DNA from: Octopus bimaculoides
Lineage: Eukaryota
DNA: 64,000 nucleotides
Direction of reading: 5' to 3'
Assembly: GCF_001194135.2 (NCBI RefSeq)
Contig: NC_068989.1
Coordinates: 70,700,191 to 70,764,190, forward strand
Below are positions 13,506 to 25,719 of this stretch, piece by piece. Each line of letters begins with the position of its first letter. The stretch's first letter is position 1. The notes under the pieces are model-generated. The model was not told the DNA's origin and made no database searches. It saw only the letters and a list, made by a program, of their open reading frames with translations. The position numbers were made by a program, and so were the translations under genes.

Positions 13506-14279
13506 GGTTGGTCTTGATGTTGATGCCGTTAGTTGTGGAAGCAATGCAAGACAATGAAGAGAATATAAAGGAAAGGTCATCAAGTCAGTGGAATTTGCCA
13601 AGTCGAACAATTGTCAGCAAAAATCAGAGATCACTAGGCACCGACTCAACCTCCAGCAAATTGCTTTTAAGCAGCAGCAGTAATGGTAGTAGTAGAACGT
13701 TGGAAGATGGTAGGGGGCTAATTAGTTAATCAGAGACAAAAAATAAAAATAAAAATGAAAGACAACAACTTAATGCCAGTAAGGTTGGGGTAGGTGTATA
13801 CAGTGCGAAGTTTCTGGTTTTAATCTAGGAAAGAGTTTGAGAGAGGAGGAAGAGGAAGAAAGAGGGAGGGGAGGCAGAGTGAGAGGGGGTATTTTAGAAA
13901 TTTTCATTTAGCTTTAATTCTTTGTGATTCATTATATTTTCTTGAGTACGCATGCATGCGTGTGTGTGTGTGTGCATATGCAGTTGTGTGTGGGTAAAAT
14001 AATGGTGGCAAATTAATTGGTAGAGTCATTAGAGCATCAGGTAGAATGCCTTGCAATATTTGTTCCAACACTCTGCATTATGAGTTCAAATTACACTGAG
14101 GTCAATTTTACTATTCATCCTTTTGAAGGTTGAGAAACAAAAGCAATAGTGAAGTACTGGGTTGATCCTTTTCTCTCTCTCTCTACAACCAAATACTGTA
14201 AAACACACATAGACACCACACATCATACACATATTACTATAAATCCTAATGACTAATAATGTTATATTAATAACATTAA

Positions 14280-14484
14280 CTCTTTAGCATTTAAGCTGGC
14301 TATACCAGTATTCTACCTGTTTTATGATCAAACTAGCCAGATTTAGCCTCTCACACCTACCCTACAATGTCATTCTAGAAATAAACAATTACATCAAAAT
14401 CTCAAAGCTATGATGTAATGCATGATTAATTCAAAATGTGAATAAGTAAGGATTACTTTTGACAGTAATCTGAATGCTCAAGGG
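14280..14484. mobile_element. piggyBac-type MITE family E1 with TTAA target duplications
   Basis: TTAA|c(c)ctttagcatt ... aatgct(a)aaggg|TTAA. Other copies at 12287-12505, 44341-44547, 50877-51080, 53017-53233, 38185-38755 (SINE-interrupted) and a partial copy at 61330-61497. Confidence 0.85.
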
Positions 14485-15247
14485 TTAATAATGTCTATAT
14501 TTTCACATAAAGTATGAGCTGTTCTGTTTATAGACTGAATAACTACAGAAGAATGAAAGATTATTTTATATAAATCAAGAGTAATGCAAGTCTTGATATT
14601 TCTGAAGAATTAAGATTACAAATTGATATATGCTAACAAGATGAGGCCATTGCAAAAGAACAGTTGTATAACTAGGCAAGGTCAATATGATCAGTTCAAT
14701 CACTTTAATGAAATAATCTTTTAAAAGGTAAAACACACACACACACACACTACAGCGTTCCATTTCCTGATTCTTGTCAGCTTGAAAAATAAAGATGATA
14801 AAACCAAATTTTCTTAAGTATAAAAGCAACCACAAATAACTGAAAAATTATGAGAGAATTAGAAAATTTAATACCCTTTAGGGACTAATTTTTCTTTAAT
14901 TTTAGTTTGTTCACATGTTGCTTGCTATTTGATGACTTCTGGCAACAATGGACAGCCATTTAATTGTATCAAAATCCTGAAGAACTATTCAAAGATATTT
15001 CTAGATGCAGCAAACATCACTTCATAAAGCAAATTTAAATTATATTTGGCACATATCTAATCATATCTGAAGTATGAAAGAGAGCAGAAACCTTCGATTG
15101 CAAGAAAGCATAAGTGAATGAACGTGAAACAGCGATATTGAAAAGGAGATGACATCTCAATGCCATACTGTTCAAGAAAAGGAAAAGTGGAAAGAACCAT
15201 CTTAAAGATGCAACATTATATATGTACATACACACACACACACACAC

Positions 15248-15303
<56 letters not shown>

Positions 15304-16068
15304 TTCATACATTTTGAATAGAAATTTGAATATCTATCAGATATATATTTTATACACATACACACATATTTGGTATATGTTACATATCAATGTTATATTG
15401 ATATGTGTGTGTGTATAATATATGCTATCTATTACATTATACAAACACATATAAAACTATTATACATACTAATTATATATCATATTATACACACATGCAC
15501 TTGAAAATTTTTCCCTAGAGATCTTCAATTAATAATGAAAGTGACAATTCAAGGATCTTCTTATATCAATGCTATTAATATAAAACCACATGCATTCCAT
15601 CTCAGTGGCACTGACCCAAAATTGACCAACTTACACACGTGTCATAAAAGTAATCTCTTAATACACTGATTTCAACTAAAATACAACGTGGATGGCAGTA
15701 TATGGTTGAGCAGAAGGGGGTGCTATTTTTAGAGTTAAGAGTCTTAGCCTTGAACAGCAAGTGTAGCACCAGAGATAAGATAACTGTTACCCACTCAGCA
15801 GCACCCTACCAAATCAACCACCTGTGCTCTTGTGCATTACTATACCTTCATTCCCATCCCACCCAAATTCCTCTGTCGCAGGAAACGTGATGAAAGAGGT
15901 AAGTTTCTCACAACTATACGGCTTCAGATTTGGCACCGAGGGCAAGTGTTTTTCACTCTTTCTTCATGTTGACCAAAATGGAAATCTGCAGAGTGGTAAA
16001 AAGGAGCCGGATACATATTTGTTGATACTCAACTAGACAGTCGAAGAAGTGAAAAATGGCCCAACCAA

Positions 16069-16258
16069 ATGGCGTTCTGACTGCATCAGCACATGGGAAT
16101 TTATCCCCACATCATTGAACAGGGTCTTAGGCTTAATTCAGACAGCTATGTGAAGCTGCTGGAGACTATAATTGAATCTTGGCTGAGAGGGTTGCCACTG
16201 GAAGGCCAGATGTGTGGCAGCAGGATTCAGCTCCTTGCCATACCCCCAGAAAGAGTGG
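16069..16258 (+). pseudogene. Internal fragment of a DD37D/maT-like mariner transposase (catalytic region), frameshifted
   Basis: PHIIEQGLRLNSDSYVKLLETIIESWL / ERVATGRPDVWQQDSAPCHT contains the QQDxAPxH motif around the third catalytic Asp region. A frameshift lies near 16185. Confidence 0.8.
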
Positions 16259-17856
16259 CAGAATTGCAAGAGCAACTCTCACACTCCTTCCACACTCTTC
16301 AAACTTTACCCTCTCAATCTTCATGATCTTCCACCCCTGCACTCTCTTCTATTCACTTTCTTGTACCTTAAAGTTAGCATCTGATGCCTCTTCACCTTCA
16401 TTTTTATCCCTCTCCAGCTCCATCTCAATTACTCCCACCAATTCTTATATAATGCAAGGTAGCCATATATCTCTTCTACATCAACAGACCTTTTCCACTT
16501 CCTTCTACCATGGTTTAGCCTCTTGGCCTAGCACTAAACCATGTCATTCTACTCACGCTCAATCGAGGGGGCTGTCAGCCAAGAGTGCCAGGAGAGATGC
16601 ATCTATTGCTATCAGCATTACTATACTGCCCACCACCACCACCAAGACTACCAACACATGTTCCACATGTAATAGAGCTCAAAGGGCCAGAGTAACGTCT
16701 GTCCAGGATCAAAGACTTCACTCTTTAGGGAGTGAGTGCCATTAATAGATTTCTCTGGACAACTGAAAGAAGACTTCACTGCAAATACTTTGTTGTATTT
16801 AACCCATATTTCAATTGTAACACACCATCCTTGTTTTAATTTGGAAAATAGCTGCATATTAAGATGGTATTTGGGACATAATTTAACATGAAATTTTGAT
16901 GGAAGGGTTTTGAATCAAGATCAATTGAAGACAAGAATTTAGTATCATAGAACTAGAGGAGGTTTCAGGTGAATTGATATCAAAAGGGTTAAGGCTACAA
17001 AGAAGGGACATAACTCCGATTAAACTCAACCATTCAAAGAAGGGACATAACTGAAAAAATTTTAACCATTCGAGATTACAGATCGATAAAATAAGTACAC
17101 TGAAGGTTGTGCTCCAGCATAGCCGGAATGCAATAACTGAAACCAGTAAAAAAAAAAAAAAAAAAANNNNNNNNNNATGCAATAACTGAAACCAGTAAAA
17201 AAAAAAAAAAAAATACTTTCGAATTAGTTTACAAAGTTGTTTCGTTTTCGTTTGCTTTACAAGCCATCTTGATTAATCATTTTAACTGAAGCAGTCAATA
17301 CTTTAGATTGAGAAATCTAGATTAACAACAACAGCAAAAGAGAGAAACTGAAACAGTTCTGGCTAATTATAGACGTGGTTCTGACAGGTTTTTACTGCAG
17401 AGAGATTAGAATAGAAGACAAAGCCTGAATATCGACATTAATAAGACTTCTATGTGTTCCCCCACCCCCACCCCCGGTCAAAGTGCTGAAAAGACAATGA
17501 AACAAATCGTTCAGGCGAAAGATAATAATAATTAGCAACAACAAACTGACTGTTGTTGGGATGCATCTGGTAATATTACGATGTAACACGCTTAACAGCC
17601 TAGCTAGCTCTCTATTAGTAGAATTGAAGCATGGCACACATATTTGCCATAACATCTCTAAGACATCATATTTTCAGTATTTCACAAAAGCAATTCATAA
17701 AAAGCAACAGCAAAGGAGAGAGAATAAATAAATAAATAAAAGGAAGCTATTTTTACATCAACACAATGAATAGCAACAATTCAACTCATCGTTTTATGGC
17801 CATTCTTTCACCCTTTCCCCTCGCCTCGCAAACTAGCATATGTTAGACAAAAAAAA

Positions 17857-17887
<31 letters not shown>

Positions 17888-18004
17888 GATCGAGGCATTG
17901 TTTTTTCCTGCAAGAAACCGTTCATGTGGCTAACTTTTATCGGGCTTTCGAGTAAGGGATCTCTTATATCATGTCTTTGACGGCACAAAGACAAGTAAAT
18001 AATT

Positions 18005-18335
18005 TGTGTTGTAAGTAGCTTGCTTACCAAAGACATGGTTCCGGGTTCAGTCCCACTGCGTGGTACCTTGGGCAAGTGTCTTCTACTATAGCCTCGGGCC
18101 GACCAAAGCCTTGTGAGTGGATTTGGTAGATGGAAACTGAAAGAAGCCCGTCNNNNNNNNNNCTTGACAACCGATGGTGGTGTGTTTACGTCCACGTAAC
18201 TTAGCGGTTCGGCAAAAAGAGACTGATAGAATAAGTACTAGGCTTACAAAGAATAAGTCCTGGGGTCGATTTGCTAGACTAAAATGCGGTGCTCCAGCAT
18301 GGCTACTGTCAAATGACTGAAACAAGTAAAAGAGA
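18005..18335 (+). mobile_element. SINE family A copy (CpG-retaining, gap at the internal microsatellite)
   Basis: Close to the family pattern; a 10-N gap sits at the microsatellite position. Confidence 0.85.
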
Positions 18336-20135
18336 GGTAACAACGTAGTTTGTAACTTAGGATTTCCGTACAGTGCAAATGTAAACAGCCACACACACAC
18401 ACACATCATTCTAAAGTCCGCTTTTCCAAGTGTACATGGGTCAGAACAGAGTTTGCTTGAGGCAAGACGGGATTCCCTTCTTGTCAACCCTCACCTGTTT
18501 CCGAGCGAGGTAATATCTCCTCCATGGCAGACCTGGCGCACATTCACCCACTTCCCCAGAAACCAACCTTTCCAATTTTTTCCCCACCAGATTCCTATGT
18601 TTTCGATGACGGAGATTCCGAATATACAAAAAACATTTTAAAAAATTCTTAATCNNNNNNNNNNNNNNNNNNNNNNNNNNNNNNNNNNNNNNNNNNNNNN
18701 NNNNNNNNNNNNNNNNNNNNNNNNNNNNNNNNNNNNNNNNNNNNNNNNNNNNNNNNNNNNNNNNNNNNNNNNNNNNNNNNNNNNNNNNNNNNNNNNNNNN
18801 NNNNNNNNNNNNNNNNNNNNNNNNNNNNNNNNNNNNNNNNNNNNNNNNNNNNNNNNNNNNNNNNNNNNNNNNNNNNNNNNNNNNNNNNNNNNNNNNNNNN
18901 NNNNNNNNNNNNNNNNNNNNNNNNNNNNNNNNNNNNNNNNNNNNNNNNNNNNNNNNNNNNNNNNNNNNNNNNNNNNNNNNNNNNNNNNNNNNNNNNNNNN
19001 NNNNNNNNNNNNNNNNNNNNNNNNNNNNNNNNNNNNNNNNNNNNNNNNNNNNNNNNNNNNNNNNNNNNNNNNNNNNNNNNNNNNNNNNNNNNNNNNNNNN
19101 NNNNNNNNNNNNNNNNNNNNNNNNNNNNNNNNNNNNNNNNNNNNNNNNNNNNNNNNNNNNNNNNNNNNNNNNNNNNNNNNNNNNNNNNNNNNNNNNNNNN
19201 NNNNNNNNNNNNNNNNNNNNNNNNNNNNNNNNNNNNNNNNNNNNNNNNNNNNNNNNNNNNNNNNNNNNNNNNNNNNNNNNNNNNNNNNNNNNNNNNNNNN
19301 NNNNNNNNNNNNNNNNNNNNNNNNNNNNNNNNNNNNNNNNNNNNNNNNNNNNNNNNNNNNNNNNNNNNNNNNNNNNNNNNNNNNNNNNNNNNNNNNNNNN
19401 NNNNNNNNNNNNNNNNNNNNNNNNNNNNNNNNNNNNNNNNNNNNNNNNNNNNNNNNNNNNNNNNNNNNNNNNNNNNNNNNNNNNNNNNNNNNNNNNNNNN
19501 NNNNNNNNNNNNNNNNNNNNNNNNNNNNNNNNNNNNNNNNNNNNNNNNNNNNNNNNNNNNNNNNNNNNNNNNNNNNNNNNNNNNNNNNNNNNNNNNNNNN
19601 NNNNNNNNNNNNNNNNNNNNNNNNNNNNNNNNNNTAACTGACAGTCGTATAAGCAATAGTGTGTGTACAATATGTGAATGTACAAGTGTGTGTGTGAGTG
19701 AGAGTAACACAGAACATAGAAAGAGTGTCTGTAACATAGACTACAAGTCTCAAACACTGAGATAGAGAAATACCAGTTCGTATTAGAGTTACACAAGGAG
19801 ATAGAATGTTCTGCACAGGAAGTTGTGGCCAAGTAGCAGAGCTGTGGTATCACAATATGTGTGTTGAACGTCGAATGCTGTGACCTGTGTTACCTGGTAT
19901 AGTATATTCTAGCTGGTTAGTTCTGACTGTTGCTCGTGGTGGAAACAATCCACTCAGTGTCGATATAAAACCGAGTGTGTTGATATTGGTGTGTACCTGG
20001 TGGTGTGGTTGCTGGCGCACGACATTGTGGTAGACAGTACATAGGTGGTGAAGACGTCAGCGCTGGAACTGGCTGTAACTGTGTTTTGTATGTGTGGTCA
20101 GCGACCAGACCTGTGAGATATCTGGAATCGAAGAA

Positions 20136-20347
20136 GACTACCGTCGTAGGATCGGGCTTATTTATAGCCGAAATAGGGCTCACCGGAAACTCAGAAAAAA
20201 CTCTAGATCACGTGACCTTATCCTAAGGCCACGATTGGACGTAATGCCCCCCTTAGCAAGCAGAACATGGGGACAATTGCCGCGCAAATAAGAACCAATC
20301 AGGATGGTGGACAGAAAAGTTCAAGGCTTGATGTTAGCAGCCCCGCC
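20136..20347 (-). promoter_or_regulatory. Pol II core promoter cassette (GC box, 2x CCAAT, E-box, TATA, Inr), LTR-like
   Basis: GC box ccccgcc 20341-47; CCAAT 20295-99 (+) and 20234-38 (-); gtcacgtga 20208-16; TATAAATA 20166-20159; Inr-like TAGTC 20140-36, about 27 nt from the TATA box. Locally CpG-rich. Confidence 0.6.
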
Positions 20348-20388
20348 ATCATTTAAGATTGAATGCCCGAGAGAGAGGTTTCACTACA

Positions 20389-20733
20389 ACTTAGAAGTGC
20401 GACTCTTGTAAAAGGAGCAGGAGATCTTTCGGAATAGCTACAAATAACAGTAAAATCTTTTTTTCTTCTTTCTTTCCTTAATTATCTGCTAACAAATTCG
20501 GAAATAAAGGTTGGGAAAAAATTTATTCATTGAACTGCTCGAATAAATAAATTTTTGTAGATTTAATAATTGGAATTTTGTAAAATAAATTTTTTTCCCA
20601 ACCGTTATTTCCGAATTTGTTAGCAGATAATTAAAGAAAGAAGAAAAAATTAAAAAAAAAGAAAGATTTCGTTGTTATTTGTAGCTACTCCGAAAGACCG
20701 ACTGTTCCTTTTTCAAGAGTCGCATGTCTAAGT
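20389..20733. repeat. Foldback/palindromic element with ~140-150-bp arms and a 56-bp spacer
   Basis: 20389-20527 is the reverse complement of 20584-20733, e.g. ttaattatctgctaacaaattcggaaataaaggttggg versus cccaaccgttatttccgaatttgttagcagataattaa. Confidence 0.9.
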
Positions 20734-21599
20734 AAAAATGAGTGGAGCCCCACCTAAGACAAACACTAAGCAGACAATATTTAGAAGTCTTCAATGTTAC
20801 AAAAAAAATAAAAAAAGATTGATTTCGATTGGAGTTGAACTGCTTTCTTCCACCCTGCTGAACCTCAAATTTCCACATCTATGTCAATTTTCATGTCAAG
20901 CCATAAATTATTTTCGTGTTGTGTTTGTATACAAGTTTTAAACGTTAAATTTTTACTAACTTGATCGATCTGTCACTGAACCACGATTTAAATTTCATTT
21001 GATACACATTTTGCTATCATTTATATGGAGAATTGCAAGCATGGCATATAAAGATAACTTATTTTAATAGAATTTTTATAAGTAAATTTCCGTAAATGTT
21101 TTTCTTGCGAACTACCCACACCTGTACATATATGCACGCGGAGACACATGGATGAAATCCCATTTTGGAAGTATGTTAAAGTTTTTATTATATTGAAATG
21201 AAGAACACAAATACAGATGCTGCGCCAGTGACTAAACTTGTAGTATTTTGTTGAGATTAATCCAATAAATTGACAGCAAGGTATGTAGGAAGTACTTTTC
21301 TGAAATAAAATTTCTGTGTACGGTCCTGTCGCGCGTGCATTCACACAAAGATTGGTTGGTGATGAACAAAATTGTGACTGGATAAGAATTTGGTAAATAT
21401 TTACAATAACACCATATTCGCTAAATACTAACCCTAACCCCTAAATTCGTTTACAGCACATTCAATAACATAAAAATCGCCCTTCAAGATAGTGTTTAGC
21501 TAGTTTGGTGAAATTACAAATAAATACCAAAAATTTCATGATTTTAGCGGGTGCAGCGTTTATCTTTACTTTAAAAAATGTGGAGGGGCGTCATAGATG

Positions 21600-21688
21600 T
21601 ATGACGGAGAATTATTCAATATCAGGTTTTGCTTCCATCAGAATCGTTTACCTTTAAAGCGAAAAAACAAAACTGACGTATTCGGCAG
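21600..21688 (+). other. Possible first exon of a plus-strand (antisense to MTSS1) noncoding transcript
   Basis: CpG-rich context, inverted TGACG half-sites at 21589-21606 and a strong donor cag|gtatgt at 21688/21689. The 5' boundary is a guess. Confidence 0.3.
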
Positions 21689-22745
21689 GTATGTAAAATA
21701 TATTTCTGTGTACTTTCTCTGTTCATTCGGATAAGCTGTAGAAATTGTTGTGCGCGCATTCACAAACACTCTCCAGACAGCTGTTATTTTTAGCATAGCG
21801 GGTTTTATGGTGAGGGCTTCACCACAAACAGCCGTGATCCTTTTGCTGTTTTACTATAAATCTCCGCATGCACAAACTGACAAAACAGCCGTTCATTTTC
21901 ACTTTTAGACAGCGGGATGGGGGTGGATCAAGTTTGGAGTTTTTCATAGAAAATTTCAAATTAAAAAAATTTTTTTTCCTTATTCTTAATCTCCGTATTT
22001 TTCCACATTGATTGAAAAAGAAAATTTCGAAAAAAAGGTTAAAAATTTAAAATTGTGGGTGAGTGATTAAGAATTTAGAAAATGTTTTTTTTTTTTTTGC
22101 ATAATCGGAATCACCGTCATCGAAAACAGGAATCTGGTAAAAATAACTGGAAAGATTGGTTGGTGGGGGTGTTGTGTGCCAGGTCTGCCCATAACTGCAC
22201 AACAATTGAGCAACGCCAATGAGGAGTTGCAAACACACACACACAAGCATATATGGCAAGTTTCATTCAGTTTCTGTCTACGAAAAAAAAAACAAAAAAA
22301 AAACAACAACCTCACAAAGAGTTATAGAAGACATTTGCACAATGGGACTGAAATCCAACCTAACTGATCCAGAAGCAAACATATACATGCTTCTGACTCT
22401 ATATTATAAAATAAGTTCTTATGTCATAAGATAGGTGAGCTCTGACGTTTTAGGTGGAGCCTTTCTTTGAACATCATTATAATTGTTATTTTGCCTACGT
22501 AGAGATGTATGTTATCACTAGTTTCTTCAGAATTCTAGCTGAATTGTTTTTCCTTTTCTTCTCTCTTTTTTTTAATACCTGTGTTATATTATTAACTTGA
22601 CAGCCTTTTTGTATCTCTGACAAGATGATTCTTCTGTAAGTTAGTAAACACACCACTTCTTCCTAAACATTGCACATATAAAGATCTAACTCTGGTTTTC
22701 AAACTTAACTAACTTGCTTCTTCTACTTGCATCACATCTCCACAG

Positions 22746-22861
22746 AGAATTTGGTGCAGATTCCAGATTCCATTACAGAAACATAAGAAGGTTAAAGCTT
22801 GAGAGGAGTAGCTCATACAAAATGTCAGCTATGTAGTTAAGCATTATATCATATTCTCCAG
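22746..22861 (+). other. Possible noncoding exon (116 nt), antisense to MTSS1
   Basis: Branch ctaac, pyrimidine tract and ccacag| acceptor; perfect cag|gtaagt donor; stops in all three frames. Confidence 0.35.
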
Positions 22862-23339
22862 GTAAGTAGTTATTTAACCCCAGGCCAGAACTGACTGAGC
22901 AAACCTAGTCGTGATCAAAGATATTCAAACTTTAACCATTTAGTTTTCTTTTGTTTATATTTTGTTAAAGGCATAGTTGTATCCAGTTGTAAAATAGTTT
23001 CTATTACACAACCAACCATCATCTGTCCAACTCTATCTTTAATAACCCCTATTACTAATCACTTCCTTTTCCCTGCTTCCCCTCATCCATCAATCTAGAA
23101 TCATTGCCCACTCTCTTATTCTCCCTTAGTGTAACTAGGGGCAGTTGTAGGGCCTTCACCTTGCAAACCACAAAGTGATAATCTATGCAAAATATTAAAT
23201 ATTTTTTTCTCATCAATTAATCAGGTCACCTGGTGCTTAAAGCAGGTCTATACAGGACTGACCTATATAAATGTGAATATATATCTCATTCCAATTGTAG
23301 TGAAACTGTGTCAGTGCAACAAAAAATGTTGACAATAGG

Positions 23340-23597
23340 CACAGGTGTGGCTGCGTGGTAAGAAGCTTACTTCCCAACCATATGGTTCCAGGTTCAGTCC
23401 CACTATGAGGCACTTTGGGCAAGTGTCTTTGACTAATAGCTCCCACCTAGCCAATGCTTTGTGAGTGAATTTGGTAAATGGAAACTGGAAGAAGCCCATT
23501 GTGTGTGTGTGTATGCACACATACGTGCACACACACACACACACATATATATNNNNNNNNNNNNNNNNNNNNNNNNNNNNNNNNNNNNNNNNNNNNN

Positions 23598-23635
<38 letters not shown>

Positions 23636-24215
23636 CTAGCTCTGATCAAACTGTCCAATCCATGCCAGCATGGACAACGGACATATAATGATGATGATGA
23701 TGATATACAGGCACAAGAGTGGCTATGTTGTAAGTAGCTTGCTTACCAACCACATAGTTCTGGGTTCAGTCTCACTGCGTGGCACGTGTTTGTGTTTGTG
23801 TGTGTGTGTGTGTGTTTGTCCCCTCCCCACCATCGCTTGACAACCGATGTTGGTGTGTTTACGTCCCTGTAACCTAGCAGTTCGGCAAAAAGATCAATAG
23901 AATAAGTACTAGGCTTACAAAGAATAAGTCCTGTGGTTAATTTGTTCGACTAAAGGTGGTGCTCCAGCATGGCTGCAGTCAAATGACCAAGAGAATAAAA
24001 ATATAAATGTGTGTGTTTTTGTGTTTGTCTCCTAGAATTGCTTGACAACCAGTGTTGGTGTGTTTACATCCTTGTAACTTAGCAGTTTGGCAAATGAGAC
24101 CAACAGAGTAAGTACCAGGCTTAACAAAAGAAGAACTGGCTCAATTCGTTCAACTAAAACTTCAAGGCAGTGCCCCAGCATGGCCACAGTTTAATGACTG
24201 AAACAAGTAAAAGAT
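23340..24215 (+). mobile_element. Nested/tandem SINE A copies with an intervening family D tail
   Basis: Two heads (~23345, ~23706), a family D tail at 23645-23705, and two 3' bodies (23820-23990, 24010-24215). Confidence 0.8.
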
Positions 24216-24399
24216 AAAAATTAAAAAAATGATAAATAAAACTTTCCACTCCTGCCATAATAAATAAAGTAACTCCAGCTATACATTTCCATAAAGATTA
24301 GCAGAACATTTCAAGACTGGATTATTTTTATGTAAAATTTCACCTTGACTTAAGAGACAATTATTGACATGGTGATGGAATGCATGCATTTGAAGCAGC

Positions 24400-24580
24400 A
24401 ATGGGGGTGGTGGTGGTGGTAGTACTGTTGGTATTGTTAATGATGTTGGTGGTGATGGTGATGGCACTGTTCCTATTGATAGTGGTGGTGATGGTGGTGG
24501 TAGTGATGTTGTTGTTGGTGGTGATGATGGTACTGTTGCTATTGATAGTGATGTTGGTAGTTGTGTTGGCATTGGTGGTA
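24400..24580. repeat. Degenerate (GTG/GAT/GTT)n trinucleotide tract
   Basis: Low-complexity triplet mosaic; it is the source of the poly-V and poly-P ORFs in the track. Confidence 0.85.
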
Positions 24581-25719
24581 TATTATGCATGCAAAAAGAA
24601 CAATGAAGACGCACACACAAAGTGCATGTGGACAGACACAGAAAGCTTCTTTCGAAATTACTTAATAATGGTAGTATAAGTTTAGTCAAGCTAAGACAAT
24701 GAATTAAAAGACAAAAAACAAAAACAAAAAAAAAAAACGAAAATTAACAAAGTTAATTAAAAATAGATCTATTACTTTTATTTACTTATTTCTTGTCTTC
24801 TCCTCCCCCACCCATGCCATTTCTCTCTCTCTCTCTCTCTCTCCTGCTCTCTCTTCTTTCTTTTGCAATCTGAGAGTAACTATTTACTGACGAGACATTA
24901 TAGAAGTAGTAAATTGAGTGTTAGTATATAACAAAGAATACATTGAATGCAACAACCAAAAATAAATTTCAAATACAAGTAATAATAATAATAATGATAC
25001 AAAAATGGCTGCTTTTAGGCAGCATTTGTTGCCTAAAACCAAAAACTAATACACAAATAAATAAATCGATAAATAAAAGCAGCAAGGAATCAGATTTTTC
25101 AGTCCAAGAGAAAAATAAAAAAAATTATTCTTGTTCTGCAAAATAAATTGAAGAACTCAAGCAGAAATCTGATGCTTGACTGGTGCAAAAGAAACTTTAA
25201 TAGGGAGGAAAGGAGGGGAGAGGGAAAGAAAAACAATTCAATATGTTGCCTGGTTGGGTTCAATGAAATAGATTAATGATTGCAACAGTAAACAGGTCTT
25301 TTGATATCCTATCTATCAAAGTGTCAAATGACACAAAGAGAGAGTGCATGTAGCAGATATATATATATTTGTTTTACAGGTTACCAATGGTTCACGGCAA
25401 GTTTATCTCCCTTTTCCCTCACACTCTTCATTTTTCCTTATCCTTTCATAAACAATTTAATCAACAAAGGTAGGGTAAGGTAAACTACAACGTGATAGTC
25501 GCTCAGCCTGCTTAAAACAGCAGCCAGATCACCCACAAAATCACATACTACATTTGGATTTTTTTTTTGGTACAGGCCAGAAATTTTGAGGAGAGGGGGA
25601 ACTCAATTACATTGACCCTGAAAGGATAAAAATGGCAATGTTGATCTCGACAGCATTAAAATTCACAGGGTAAAGACCTGGAAATAGCAGACATTAGATA
25701 ATGTAGTCCTAAAGGCAAA

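Larger units (their letters stand above)
18526..22189. mobile_element. Putative non-autonomous TIR element with imperfect ~130-bp inverted termini (PIF/Harbinger-ISL2EU-like ends)
   Basis: 18526-18654 is the reverse complement of 22065-22189: GGCAGACCTGGCxCACA at the ends and shared accagattcct..gttttcgatgacggxgattccgaxtat. Both flanks read CAT (or AT). It includes a 980-N gap and no ORF. Confidence 0.5.

Noticed and set aside
15900-15970. Mariner YSPDLAP-like remnant (ASDLAP)
   Set aside because: Too degraded to support.
17128-17212. Direct repeat atgcaataactgaaaccagt(a)n
   Set aside because: Identical copies flank a small N gap; most likely an assembly overlap artefact.
17392-17655. TNRELARLLSVLHRNI as MTSS1 TREIGSALTRMCMRHRSI
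   Set aside because: Needs gaps, has low identity and no good donor. MTSS1 exons downstream of 36996 were not found and may lie in gaps or outside the window.
18441-19853. Long ORFs of 360-470 aa, and similar ones at 8.6, 11.1, 41.4, 48.6 and 57.1 kb
   Set aside because: They only stay open by reading through N gaps.
21021-21344. MCLRVH as MTSS1 RMCMRH (exon 4)
   Set aside because: No surrounding similarity and no splice sites.
21428-21446. Telomere-like ctaaccctaacccctaa
   Set aside because: Only about two units; too short to call an interstitial telomere.
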